Part shown: in pieces, positions 26,277 through 39,960 of the stretch
How the letters are laid out: each line of letters begins with the position of its first letter
How positions within the stretch are numbered: position 1 is the stretch's first letter
Assembly: GCF_009914755.1 (NCBI RefSeq)
Contig: NC_060926.1
Direction: 5' to 3' (one strand)
From: the human T2T-CHM13v2.0 reference genome, Homo sapiens
DNA length: 64,000 nt
Made by a program: the position numbers and the translations under genes
The notes under the pieces: generated by a model
Database searches by the model: none
Told to the model about the DNA's origin: nothing
What the model saw: the letters and a program-made list of their open reading frames with translations, nothing else

Positions 26277-26743
26277 ACACGTATGTTTATTGCGGCATTA
26301 TTCACAATAGCAAAGACTTGGAACCAACCCAAATGTCCAACAATGATAGACTGGATTAAGAAAATGTGGCACATATACACCATGGAATACTATGCAGCCA
26401 TAAAAAATGATGAGTTCATGTCCTTTGTAGGGACATGGATGAAATTGGAAATCATCATTCTCAGTAAACTATTGCAAGAACAAAAAACCAAACACTGCAT
26501 ATTCTCACTCATAGGTGGGAATTGAACAATGAGATCACATGGACACAGGAAGGGGAATATCACACTCTGGGGACTGTTGTGGGGTGGGGGGAGGGGGGAG
26601 GGAGAGCATTGGGAGATATACCTAATGCTAGATGACGAGTTAGTGGGTGCAGCACACCAGCATGGCACATGTATACCTATGTAACTAACCTGCACATTGT
26701 GCACATGTACCCTAAAACTTAAAGTATATAAAAAATAATAATA
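26277..26743 (+). mobile_element. Young 5'-truncated L1 (L1PA2-like): ORF2 end, 3'UTR and A/TAA tail
   Basis: MFIAALFTIAKTWNQPKCPTMIDWIKKMWHIYTMEYYAAIKNDEF... is almost the L1HS ORF2 end. The 3'UTR reads gatgacGAGttagtggg rather than ACA/ACG, so older than L1HS. Confidence 0.95.
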
Positions 26744-26766
26744 ATAATAATCCCAATTCTTGTGAG

Positions 26767-27066
26767 TTTTTTTTTTTTTTTGAGACGGAGTTTCGCTCTT
26801 GTCACCCAGGCTGGAGTGCAATGGTGCCATCTGAGCTCACTGCAATCTCCGCCTCCCAGGTTCACGCGATTCTCCTGCCTCAGCCTCCTGAGTAGCTGGG
26901 ATTACAAGCAGGTGCCACCATGCCTGGTGAATTTTTGTATTTTTTTAGTAGAGACAGGTTTTCACCATGTTGGCCAGGCTGGTCTTGAACTCCTGACCTC
27001 AAGTGATGTGCCCACCTCAGCCTCCCAAAGTGCTAGGATTACAGGCGTGAGCCACTGCACCCGACC
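26767..27066 (-). mobile_element. Alu (Sq/Sp-like)
   Basis: Full reverse-complement Alu with gagtttcgctctt...gtgcaatgg. Confidence 0.95.
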
Positions 27067-27378
27067 AGAACAATCCCAATTCTATCTGTATCACACAGTG
27101 TGTTTCTCATCTAGGATACAGACTCACTGGGCAGCAGCCGTGTCTGCCCTGGAAAGTGGGGGCATCAGGGAGGAGGAGGAATGTGTGAACCTAAACACAT
27201 GGAAGACCTTCAAAAGCACCAGAACACAGTCTTTCAGCACAGAATTCTTTACATCCTTAACTTGCACTTGTGCTAATGAAGACTCTACCTCCTGTTCTTT
27301 TCCTTCTGTGACAAAACAAGTTATCTGTCTGGGAAGACATGGCACAATTTATTTATACAACATTTTTATGGCTTGCAG

Positions 27379-27457
27379 ATGACTCCGCTGGATCCTCCCT
27401 CAGAATTGCCCTTCATAGGGAAGTTCAGTGGCCACTCAAGTGGTTAGCAAAATCAAG
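27379..27457 (+). other. BCL2L11: Candidate 79-nt cassette exon (frameshifting or non-coding)
   Basis: Acceptor ttgcag|ATG and donor AAG|GTGAAA around non-repetitive sequence. Resembles a minor BIM exon as I recall it. Confidence 0.45.
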
Positions 27458-29553
27458 GTGAAAAGTTTTTCTTTTTATTCAAAATGGGATAAAAAGAAGC
27501 AGCTGCCTTTTGTGACTTTTAAGTGAGAAGCTTTCATTATGTCTTAGCCCTACAGTGTGTTATCAATAATCATATCTGTGTTAAATTGTACTTCACTTTG
27601 TATATCACCATTGTAAGTTTTAACCGTATACATTATAGGCTTTTTCCATTTTTATTTTAAAAACTGTTTAAGGTGTAGCTTTTTAAGGATTCTGTTTTTG
27701 CTCTTATTTTTTACCTGTGTCTTGGTCTTTCTTATCATGGAGGTGAAAACAGTAATACTGAAGACCTTAATGTGAGTTTAGGAGAAAAGATGTTAATCAC
27801 CAGTTTCCTGCTACTGGTTTTAAATTTCATAGAGGAAGCCACACTTATTTTGTCATCAGAAATTCTTATATTTTTTGTTTAAATTCTCATCTCCCTCCCC
27901 TCTTGCCCAGATCTGGTTTTTTGGCTAGAAACAACTTACAGTAACTTCAAATTAAGCATTTTAATTCTAAGGAATGGTCTTAAGTGAACCAATGTATATA
28001 GAGTTTTATCTTTACTTTTAAAAGGTCTCTAAAGCATTTTTCTTCTTATGGGGAAATAAATTGGGTAGTTTACCTCGTCAGTAGAAAAAATATAGGGATT
28101 TGTGTCTTTGCACTAAAGTAATTTCAGGGTTGGTCTTCTTTTAGCTGTCCTTAGTTTTGGGATTATTTTTGTTTTTCAGAATAAAATGGCACAGGTCAGA
28201 TACTTTTAATCCCCTGAAAGTAATCTAAAGCTATAGAAATGGAGCTGTGGCTGTCGCAGAGACTTACTAGGATGAAGGTTGGTGTAGAAAAACTAAGGAG
28301 TAGTAGCAGTATTCAGTGTCCCGTGTCTTTCCCCAGAAGAACACTGGCAGAACACCAGGGGCAGAACACTGTCACACACTATTCAGAGCAGCGATTTCAG
28401 GAGCACACCAAGGCGGGCCAGGTGGTCAAGGGGCTTCCCAGGGGATGTCATACAAGGCACATGGAAAGAACTGGTTTAGGACCAGGTTTGGCACAGGTTC
28501 ACTGACAAAAAGTGGGGTGATGATTGAGAGGGATCATAGATTTCCTTTATAGTCCCAGGGGCAGAATCAAGATTGAAGTGGGGCTTAGAAGGGAACATTT
28601 CAATTCCCTACGAGGAATAGCATCGTAGCACTCAGTGTTCTTCAGCGAGGACAGCAGTGCCTTAGGAAATGTGCATCTGTCCCAGGAAGCGGGCACACAG
28701 GCTGGGAGTCTTAGAGGGCTCCTGCTCAGGTCTCCCACATGGTGCAAGATGCTGGGCTTCTGTCGTGACTCAGCTGGGGATGTCCTTGAGTATAGGGATC
28801 ACAGCTCAGTCTGGGTTTGCTCCTGGCTTGTCCCCAGCTGCTAGTAAATATGTTAATATGTGTGTCGGGGACAGCTCTGGTGACATGGATAATTAGTTTT
28901 TCTGATGTTGAATGAGAAATGAGTAAAAAGGCATAACACATTAATCTTAATGTCTTTAGACTTGTATTTTTATTATAAGGGACAGATAATAGTGAATGAG
29001 GGAAAAAATCTCATGAACACTAGTTTCCAGACTTCTGTCCAACTTCACAGCCTTGGTTTACTGGCAGTTTCCAAATGGTCAGGCTGGAAATTGATGAAAG
29101 CTGTTTCTTTTGACCATGGCTCCATAAAGGCAATGGGCAGTGCACGTTGAAAGAGTAAGTATGAAAACACTGGCCTCATCTCATAAACTTTATTATTGAT
29201 AGTATTTTATCCTAGCAGCTGTTTTTGAAGCACTGTCTTGAATTCATGTGACTGCCCAGGCTTTTGACACAAATGTGTTCCAGGGAGACAGATTGAGGAA
29301 TCTTTGAGTACTAATGCTGTCATCGTATTTCTCATAGCTTTTGTTTTCATCCAGTGGCTCAGCGGAATTGATTGGGATTGCCAAAAAATAAAATGATACA
29401 AGTGAGAAATAGACCTGGAGGGAGGTGTGTGTGTGTGTTGTTGGTTACTTGCTTATTTTATTTCTGAGAACCGTCAGAGTTGAGGATTTCAAACATGATT
29501 CTGATAGCATTTACCGCAAACGCTGATGGCAGTTGCTCTCCTTTGCCTTATAG

Positions 29554-29586
29554 CTAACTGGGACTAGAAACAGCTCCATCACCCAG
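29554..29586 (+). CDS. BCL2L11: 33-nt poison exon (ANWD*), Bim-beta-type
   Basis: Pyrimidine tract ...gccttatag|CT and perfect donor CAG|GTGAGT. The phase-1 join reads GCT AAC TGG GAC TAG. Confidence 0.75.
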
Positions 29587-32393
29587 GTGAGTTTTATAAG
29601 GAAACATAAGGGGGCTGGTCTGTTGCTTCCCTCCTCTTGTAAGCTTTGGATAACTCTGAATTTAGAAAGATATTTCTGAAGATATTTAAAGAAGGAGACT
29701 TACAGAGTTGAATAAACATCCTGGAATTTTTCTTTCTCTAAATGAATGTCAGCTTCAGAGAGCCCACCTGCAGACAGAGGCAGTGACTCCCCTAAACATT
29801 TTCGGAGTATCTCTTGGAATTGGTTTAAAGCTGGTTTCAGAGTCCACAAAGAAATGGCCCTTTACAGGATCCTTTATTGCTTTTGGTGGTTAAAGCAGAA
29901 TCTCTCTGGAGAGTAAAGGTAGACAGCCCTGCAATGTCTGAAGGACAGGCCTTCTTTCTCCTCACACCCCTGCAGTCCCTGGCTGTGCCTGGCTGTTTCC
30001 CGCAAGTGCCAGACAGAATGTGCACTTTTTGGCTAAGTATGTTCTATTATGTGTGTAAAATCCTCTCTCAGTTCTGAGTTGAATATCGATTCAAAGCTTA
30101 ATTCACGCTGATGACTTGAAAATCTAATCTTGATTCTACTCGAGTGTTTGTAGATATCTGAACATCTGAAAACAGTACAGAGTGCAGCGTTCCTGTGAAT
30201 TTTAATTTGGTTTCTGGTACTACACTTGAAATTCCAGTAATGATAAGATGGGAACTAAAACAGCAGCTGCCCCTCGGAAATGAGGGTCGCACCACCTCGT
30301 TCCCAGACTGAGGCTGCAGTTGAGAATGCTTGTGTGTGACATGCCCCTGCCACCCAGTACACACACCTGAGTCATTAGATGTCACTTTATGGCATCGTCA
30401 CAGAGAACAACTGGGTTTTGGAGAGAGAATGTCATGATGTGACTTCATTTCCTTGGAGCACTGGGATAGAGGCTCTTGGGTTAGAAGCTCTTGGACATTA
30501 AAGAGAAATCAGAAGGTTTAGCCTGACTGATACTGAGCTCATTATAGATTGACAATCTCTCTTTTTTTAAAAAAAAAAGTTTCCTGCCGTGGCTGCTGCT
30601 ACAGAAAGTCCTTTGTGAAAGCCCCAGCCTGATTTCACTATCAACCACTTAACCACGGTATTAATTTTTCAGTTGTTGAACTTTTAAGATTTTAAATTAC
30701 TTAAGACTTTAAAAATAGTCTGTTGCTGAGCCAGAATAGTTTGTTAAGAAACATGCATCTTTGAGTAGAACTAAAGTCCCTTGGTGTTGGAAAATGCCCT
30801 CCACACTCCTCCAAAAATGGATTAAGAATACTTCATGGTATTTTCCCATAGGTAGTAATGTTACCAGTAAGTTCCGGGCTTCAAAAAATGATTTCTAAGA
30901 AGTTTGAAGATTCAGTGGACACACTTTTGGCAAAAATTGCTTATATCTGACATATTGCATTATAAAAGTTTTGATTAGTGGCTTTCTTTTTTTTTTTTTT
31001 TTTTTTGTAACAAGTAAAGAGAAAGAAAACATGGATCTGCCTAGGAAGTCACCTCTGCCTGAGTCTGCTACTTGCAGGATTGGAGCTTTTGCTGCAGATT
31101 ACAGCTTTGAAGTCACTTTACCTCAAGAGCAGTTTATATTTTATTGTGCTTTAAAAAAAAAATTTAGTGCCAGGTTTATGGAGTGAAGTGCTTTCATAAA
31201 TGCTGAAACTACATTTTCTGTGGGTAAAAATGCAGCTCATCAGAATTTCCCCTTTGAAGAATTTTTTATGTTCACATAAAATTGCCAAGTTAAAAATTTG
31301 ATCTCCCTACAGAGTAAGAGCTTTCATTTCAAATAAAACCATTTTATAGACCAGGTATCAACATTTACGGCGGTCAGACACATTGCAGATAGCAAAATAA
31401 AATATTTATGCTTGGTTCTTACTTTTCTTATAAACTAGAAATGTCAACCTAAGTTATCTTTTTGATAGCTCGAGTATGTTAGGATAGGAGGAATTGGGTT
31501 GAGTATCCAGGTAAGATTACAGGAGTGAGGGTGGAGCAGCGTGTGTTTGGAGATTTCTGTATGCCAAACCCCACGGGCTCCAGGCACGCTTTTGGAAGAC
31601 CATACCGGTGGATCCCTTTGTCATCGTGGTGGCAAAGCAAACTGATGCTAAAGGAAATAACAAAACTTAATTCTCGTGCTGATCGGTGCCACTGTGGGGC
31701 TTACAGACCCCATTCATTTGTTCTGGTTGATTTCATGTGGTGTGAGACTCACTAACATTGAATTAGTGATGAAGTTAAAGAGAGGCTTTCTCTATCCCCA
31801 TAGAAGATATTTTGTCACTTAAGAAATAATTGAACTTTATGTTGCACTGTACTAACAGATTAAAACTACCCTTTTAAAATACAGGAATAAATAAGAGTTA
31901 AAATAAGAGTTTTTATCATATAGTCTTTATAGCCATGTACTACTGTGTGCATACTAGCTAGGTCTTATTGCAGGATGAGTGTTTGCCATTACTTTTAGGT
32001 TTATAAATTCAGGAAATAACTGTATTTGCATCTCAAAAAAACAAACTGGTTTTTAAAAAAATAGTGATAGGTGCTAGTTAGAGTAGCCCTTACAGATCAG
32101 TCTTTTTTGCAAAATGTAATTTATAGTATCTATTTCCATAATAACTTTTTAAAACTACACCTAAGTACAGTTGATAGCTCTTACTAATGTAGTTATTGCC
32201 AATTCCAGTATAAGCCTAGTCTCTAAACCATTATCTTTGCTTAATACAACTCTCCTAACTCTGAAATGCTAAAGACACATCTCAGGGCTCCAGAGCATTG
32301 CCATGGTTTCTTGCCTTTTGCCCACCAGGGTCTGGTTGGGAAACCGTCTGCACCAGAGTTGCTTAGGGACTTGAAAGAGTACAGCCTCCTGTA

Positions 32394-32394
<1 letters not shown>

Positions 32395-32456
<62 letters not shown>
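32395..32456. repeat. (CT)9(CA)22 compound microsatellite
   Basis: Direct count. Confidence 0.95.
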
Positions 32457-32459
<3 letters not shown>

Positions 32460-35109
32460 GCCATTTCTCCCTGCCAGAGCTTAGGGATGTGTTTATATCC
32501 ATGAATTTATTTAGGCTAATTAATGTTAACTACTGAACTTTTCTTTTTGTACAAGAAACAGGCCATTCGTTTATTTGCTTCTGCCAAAGCCAGCAGGGCA
32601 TTTATCTCTTAAGATGAGTAAGTTGAAATTGGCTAATTTGTTAAAAGCTCCTACCTGCTGGCTAGGTTGAATGCATTCACTAAGTGCTAGTTTTGATAGG
32701 TTGGCTTCTGACAGAGACTGCCCCTTGATAGTATTTGGTGGTATTTGCAATTGCCAGCCCAAGCACGAGCCATGTGGAAGCTTCTAAACCACAGACACAA
32801 GTCAAAGTGTTAAAGAGAATCCAGTGGACTTAATTTACGAGTTAGGGGAAATTGACAGGGGGAATTATTTTTGTTTTGTCTTATAAAAAGTATAAAATAT
32901 GTCTCCTTGTCCCAAAGAAATTTAGCAGTTAGTTGAAATCAAGTGGTTAATCTACAAGAAGGTAAGCCCCGTGGGAGCAGGGCATGGCCTCCTTTGTTGC
33001 TATACCCAGAGCACCTCCTAGAACAATGTCAGGCATGTGAGTGTTTGTGTTTGTTGAGTGGATTTGTGAATATCATTGATGTATTAAGTATTGGGTAACT
33101 TGGCCTGCAATTTTTACCAGTCTGCCAACTTTATAAAACATCAATCTGTAGTTCACAGATGTCCTTTTGATAATTGGTGTTTTCTTCACTTCTGACTCCG
33201 GGGCTGAAGGCAGTTTTCTCTCTCAGTCATGTGTAGTGAGAAACAGGTGGAGCTTGAAGCTCAGGAGAGGTGGGTGATGGTGTCTTGCTGGCTGGACGTT
33301 CACTTGTGCATATGGGTAGGCACACCTCCTTTAGGAGGACTGCATGAGACCCTTGTGCAGTGGGTGCCCAAACAAAACACACTTTTCTTCTTCCCCTAAG
33401 GGCGAACTAACTTGTTAAAAGCTTCTAAATCAGGGAAAGAACACTTAAAAAGAGTAGCTCTTTAAGGGGCAGTAAGCCCAGGAAAAGGAACTATGACATC
33501 AGCATCACCTCATATCACATCTACCCAGAAATTTTGTTTTCTCCCAGTTTAGTTCAAAAATTAATTTTAAGACTTTTTACAGATTTGTTAGAAATATTTG
33601 TGTGACACAGGTACAATCAAAGTAAATTTTGTATGATTGGATGTATTCAGAGGCCATGCCTGACATCCTGAAAGTTTCCCCTTCATCAGCCTTTGTGCTT
33701 CTCCACCAGGGCTTCCTACAGCAGTTCCTCCCTCTGGTTTATTCACAGACTGCAGATAACTCTGGAGGGGATCGGTGTGTGTCCCTCTTACCCCACTGCC
33801 ACCCCCACAGGGGTGGTGTGATATTCTGCCTCTCCTAGGCCCTCAGTCTTTGTGGGATTATTGTTAAATTCACTTGGGTATAAGATGAGGCAAGAGATTG
33901 TAGAGGAATTGGCAAAAACTCTTCAAAGTGTTCACTTTTAAGTGTTTTTATAGAGCTCTGAATCAGTATCAGTTTTACTGGCCTTTTACAAAAATAAAGA
34001 CAGGAAGTTATGTTCCTTCGTATGGCAAAATCCTATTATCGTAGGTTTTTACCTATTTTGTTCTGGTGAAAACGTAATATGTGTGTTTAATTGTGAGTAC
34101 GGTGTGCCCATTTTTACAGTAAGTTAACGTAAGTCACACGTGAATAGCGGTGGAAATCCAAGAATTTTATCTCATTTCCTGTACACGTTACTGAACTGTT
34201 CACCTCTGAGTGTAATGCTTTCCTGGTGGCACATGGAGAATATAATCTTCCTAATGCATAATGGGATCTTTTGACAACTCACATTTTTGTTCTCCTTCAT
34301 TTTTGGCTGTCACATGGCTTTTAATGGTTTCATTAGTAAACAGATGAATGTACTGGGTGTGAATGTTAGTGACAGCTTAATGAAAGGGCAGTCCTCCCTC
34401 TTTCTTCTCCTTTCAAAAATGCCTTTGCTCTTAGACCCAAAAACATGTTTTCTCTCCATGTGGTGTTTGCAGACTTGAGCTCATCTTGATTGGCTGCATT
34501 AATATTGAGACAAAACATGCAATTATGCTTTCATTTGGCCCTGGGGTAGCCATTCTGAAGACAGCTGTCTGTATCATTGTACCTGCTTTCATAGAAACCA
34601 ACTTATTCAGGTTTCTCAGGGTTTCGCTTATTTTGCTTTGAATGGGACAGCCATTTCACCTCATATTTTTGGATGATGTTTGAAAGTTATATAGGAATAT
34701 TTGCCTTGTAATAAGATCAGAATGATTATTTTACTGAAAAACTAAATTGTTATGTTATAATTATGTTTCAAGCATATTTCTTTGGCAGTATTTTCCATTT
34801 TCTTGTGAGTAACTTCTGGAAATGGAAGTGTGTATGAATGGGTTGGAATGTTTTCAGTTCTTGCAATTCTGAATCTCCAGTTTTAAAAAAGGAAATTTTA
34901 TTCTATATCTCTTATTCTTTAACCAGAGTTATGTAGAAGACTCTGCCACTCTAATCTTTAGTACATGGCTGTAGTTGTTGAAGTCAGGGAGCTCCCAGAA
35001 ATGTGAAAGAGTGTGTGAGATGGGCTTGCCTCTAGAGACTTATCTTTGGAACTTTCCCAGTGATCTGTGGACCACAATGTGATTTTTGTTTTGTTTTGTT
35101 CTGATGCAG

Positions 35110-35213
35110 CTTCCATGAGGCAGGCTGAACCTGCAGATATGCGCCCAGAGATATGGATCGCCCAAGAGTTGCGGCGTATTGGAGACGAGTTTAACGCTTA
35201 CTATGCAAGGAGG
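35110..35213 (+). CDS. BCL2L11: BIM exon 4, BH3 domain ([35 protein letters not shown])
   Basis: Acceptor gatgcag|CT, donor AGG|GTAATG, 104 nt, with the LxxIGDxF BH3 motif. Confidence 0.99.
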
Positions 35214-35913
35214 GTAATGATGTTTTCTTTACCCGCTTTTCTGCTCACACCCTCCCCTTCCACACTATATTTTTTTAAAAAGACAGTGACTTCTTGTAAC
35301 TACATGCTAATTCTGGAAATGATTACTGTTGCCTAGTTGTGACCTTTCATTGTTTCTCCTTTCCCATTTTTCATTTGTTTTATGACTAAGTAATGGCACT
35401 TAAATAAAATAATACAGTAGGAGGCAGCAAAGGAATTTTATGAGCACAGACTTTAAAACAATGCTAAAAAAGGGATTATTTATAGACTTTGAGATAGTCT
35501 AGAAATACTATTAACATAGGTTTCAATCCATGTAGTGTGTTTCTGTACTCCCCTTGTGCATTTTAGGTCAAAGTTAAAGGTAATTTTTAAACAACATCTT
35601 TTGTCACTTAGCGCATGGGAGCGATGCCAGCACTCATGTAAAAGACTCTCCTGCAATTTGCAGGGTGGCCCGAGGAAGCAGGGAGCCATTGCCCTTGCAG
35701 AGCCCATTGCTGTCTTTGGACATTTAATTGTTGAAATGTATTAGGAGGCCGCTAATCAATAGCCTGTAATTTGGGCTGTAAAAACTTTATATTATAGATA
35801 ATTGCCACTTATTTTGAGCTATGTTCTTGATTTTTTAAAAATTTTAGCCTATGTCATCTTCTGTAGTTAGTAGAAGCGGTGTTTTTTGTTTGTTTTACCT
35901 GGGGGCAATGTAG

Positions 35914-36263
<350 letters not shown>

Positions 36264-36883
36264 GCATGGGAGACATTTTTAAATGTGTAGACTTTGACTC
36301 CAGGAGTTAGTACCATTGGGAACACCTGTGACTGCTTCCGCTAAAGGGTACACTAGCAAATGTGTGATATAGTGTATTTACTTGTTCACAGAGTTTTAAA
36401 CACCTCATATAAAGGTATTAATTCAGTTGATTTATCCAAAAGGAAGACACTAATTCTTATTTTGTGGAAAATGTTATAGTTGTTAATATCATTTATTCTT
36501 ACCCCTTCTCTTTTAGCTCTTTTTTTTCTGAACGTTGTTGTTTTATATAAGTACCTCTTAAAAGTTTTTTTTTAATCTGTTTTCTAGGGGAGGTCATGCT
36601 TGGTTAATTGTTGCTAAGTAAATGGATTTTACCTTTGATTATTATTTTTCTGCCTTTATACAATGTGTTTTAGGCTTCTTTTAGACAAATAGACATTTTC
36701 CCATTACAAAGGACACTATCAGTTCTTCAGTATGGAATTTCTGTAAGAGTCAAGAAAACACACATCGGATCTTCCTACCTTTCTGTGGGGGTGTTTGAGG
36801 AGAGTGCTGTAGTAATGATTCTGTTGTAAAATGGGAAGTGTGACATTGATGGACTTAAGAATTTCTTAAAATACTGTCTTAAG

Positions 36884-36955
36884 CTGGCAAAACTCCTGGC
36901 ATCCTCCACCTGACATAAACCAGTTCACAGAACATTCCAGCCTAGATCTGAAATG
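36884..36955 (+). CDS. BCL2L11: 72-nt cassette exon (LAKLLASST*), Bim-alpha-type
   Basis: Acceptor cttaag|CTG, stop 36911-36913, donor ATG|GTAATT. Peptide matches a recalled Bim-alpha C-terminus. Confidence 0.65.
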
Positions 36956-38138
36956 GTAATTTTTTTGGAACTTTGGTTGGTTTTATAACTTGTCACTGAA
37001 GTAACCATTCCCTCCAGTTCCTCTGCCTTGGTTTACCTAAAGGGATTTTGGTGTTCCTGTGTGTGACTGGAAGTGGCTGTCTCTATTGACTAGGAAGAAC
37101 TGGTGAGAAGTGGGACCACAGTGTATTCAGGATCAAAGTGGGGAGGACATGAGTCCCTTTAAGAGGGTAGGTGAATACACTCAAGTCCCGATTCTGGTAT
37201 TGTGTCCAGAATCCAACAGGACAGATCATTTCTGATGGGTATGGAGACATCTCTGAACCTAGGCAATGAACTGACCATCCCCTGGGCCTGTCTCCTTCCC
37301 GTCTGGAAGGGGCTTTGTAGACACCCTCGGGGCAAGATCTGCCTTAGATGGGGCTGCCTGAGAGAAAGAGGTGGCAGTAGGCCTTGCCTGGTGCCCACAG
37401 TGTCTCCCTGCTGCCAAGAGCTCTGGGTACTGAGATAAGCTTGCACATTCTCAAGGATTCTGTTAGAGATTTTGACCGCAGAGCTGGTTGTGTTAAAGGA
37501 TATTATACAAGTTTCTCTTTAAAGCATGCAATATGAATGCATGACTCCACAAGGCTTTCCTGTGGGCCTGCCCAGATGGACCTGGTGGATGCACCTCCAT
37601 GGCTGCCATGAGTGGTCAGTGACAAGACATAGGCTAAGGCTGGCATGGGGACTGGAGTGCATCCCAGTCCCCGGCCATCCTCTTGTGAAGGCTGTCAAGG
37701 TGGGGAATAGTTTGAGTCATATGCAGATGAAACCTAGGCTGCTGGGTTGTCTTTGTTACCTTGCCTCTCTGTTGAGGATGTGATAGCAGCACCTAACAGG
37801 TTCATAGCCTGCCTCCCCTCCTCTTCTCCCAATGTCATTTCACAGTTTAATGTTTAAGCGTATGTTTAAGATGGTCATGTCTGTGTTTCCAATAAGATGC
37901 AACCTATTGTTCCCATGCTTTTGGTAAATTAAATTTGTCTGATTGCAGTATTTACAAGGTTTTGTCATTGTGCATCTTTTGCATATCTTAAAAATAATTC
38001 AGTGCAAAAATACAGTCACAAATCATTAAAGGACTTTAGCTTTGTTAGTAGGCTGGGATATTAGGGGGAAGGAGTAGGGATAGATTCTAGGTTATAACCC
38101 AATTTTTCTAAAACAAAGGTAAATATATTCAGATTTTA

Positions 38139-38574
<436 letters not shown>

Positions 38575-38841
38575 TTAAATATTGGGGGCAGAAATCTGGG
38601 AAGGTAATGGGAGGCCGTTTTGGGAAATAATGAATTCAAATTACCTGCTGTCTTCACAAGGGAATTATCCTCTCTTGGCAAGCGAGTGTATCTCACTGTG
38701 CTGCTTTAGGATGGATATTAACCTTTTAAATGTTGAGTGTCTTTATTTGCTTAATGCTATTACAATGCCTTGTCTAAAGTGTTAGTCTTTTATTGCCACG
38801 AGCCTTGCAAAGCCTGACAGGATATTTTCCCGTTTTTCCAG

Positions 38842-38966
38842 TTAGAGAAATAGAGGAAGTTGTCGTGTAGTTGTCATGTATTCAGTCCACTTAAGGGCAG
38901 TGGGGAAGCGTTTGAGACGGAGCTGTGGAGGCTGAATCCTTGAAGGAGGAGGTGAGAGAGGCACAG
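38842..38966 (+). CDS. BCL2L11: 125-nt cassette exon: LEK* after exon 4 (Bim-alpha) or VREIEEVVV* after exon 2 (Bim-beta)
   Basis: Strong acceptor cgtttttccag|TTA and donor CAG|GTGAGC. Both reading phases match recalled isoform ends. Confidence 0.85.
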
Positions 38967-39099
38967 GTGAGCGCAAAGTCCCAGTGCATGTCCCCTCTTC
39001 TCTCCCGATGCAGTGTCATTCCCAGGTGAACCTGCCGGGCTGAACGGCCTGGCCCCTCTATTCAGTCGGAGTTTTACTACTCCAGTGGATTTTGGTAAC

Positions 39100-39960
39100 T
39101 TCATTTGGAAATAATTTCAGACTTACAAAAATGTTGCAAGAATGACACAAAGAACCACCCTTTTATATCTGCCCCACTTGTTTTCATGTTTTCCCTCTTT
39201 GCACACATGTACAATTTATTTCAGAAAAAACTACAGACATGATACTGCTTTTCCTACACTAAAAATACTTCAGTGTATATTTCCCAAAAATAGGAGTAAT
39301 CCCTTATGTAACCACAGTGTAATTATCAAAATTCACAAATAGTGTTACAAAACTATTATCTGATCTATGGACCTTATTCAGATTTTACCACTTGTCCCAA
39401 CAATGCCCTTCTCAGAAAAAAAAAAAAAAAAGAAAAAATGTATTTTCTGGCCTAAGAGCCAATGTAGGATAATGCATTGAATTCACGTGTTTTACCTCTG
39501 GTTCCGTTAATTTGGAACCGTTCCTCTGTCTTTGTCTTTTATGACAGTGACATTTTTGAAGGATCAGGGCAGTTGTAATTTGCAGACTCCCTGAGTTTGA
39601 TTTATCTGATATTTCTGCATGATGAGACTCAGGTTTTGCATTTCTGATGGGAGCACTCCAGAGGTGATGTGTCAGTGTGGCACAGCAGGAAGCACATGAT
39701 GTCCATTTGTCCTGTTACTGATGAGGTTCACTTTGATCCAAGGTGGATCTTGGATCAAAGATCTTCCACAGTCTTCCACTGTGAAGTTAGTACTTTTCCA
39801 TTTGTAATAGGACAGAGATTATAAAGGACAAAGAGCTTTCCTTTCTCTCTTATATAGTTATTTAGTATAACAACTTGGATTCATAGATTCCTGTTTTATT
39901 CAATGGGCTGCAATGCGTTACTGTCAATATTTATTTTGATGCTCAGATTCTTAATGATTT
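39100..39960 (-). mobile_element. Old L1 (L1MC-like) 3' fragment
   Basis: tttggaaataatttcagacttacaaaaatgttgcaa...ttattttgatgctcagatt resembles an L1MC 3'UTR reverse complement. Confidence 0.7.

Noticed and set aside
26283-27382. 80-aa and 206-aa ORFs as novel genes
   Set aside because: They are the L1 ORF2 tail and an antisense-Alu translation running into intron.
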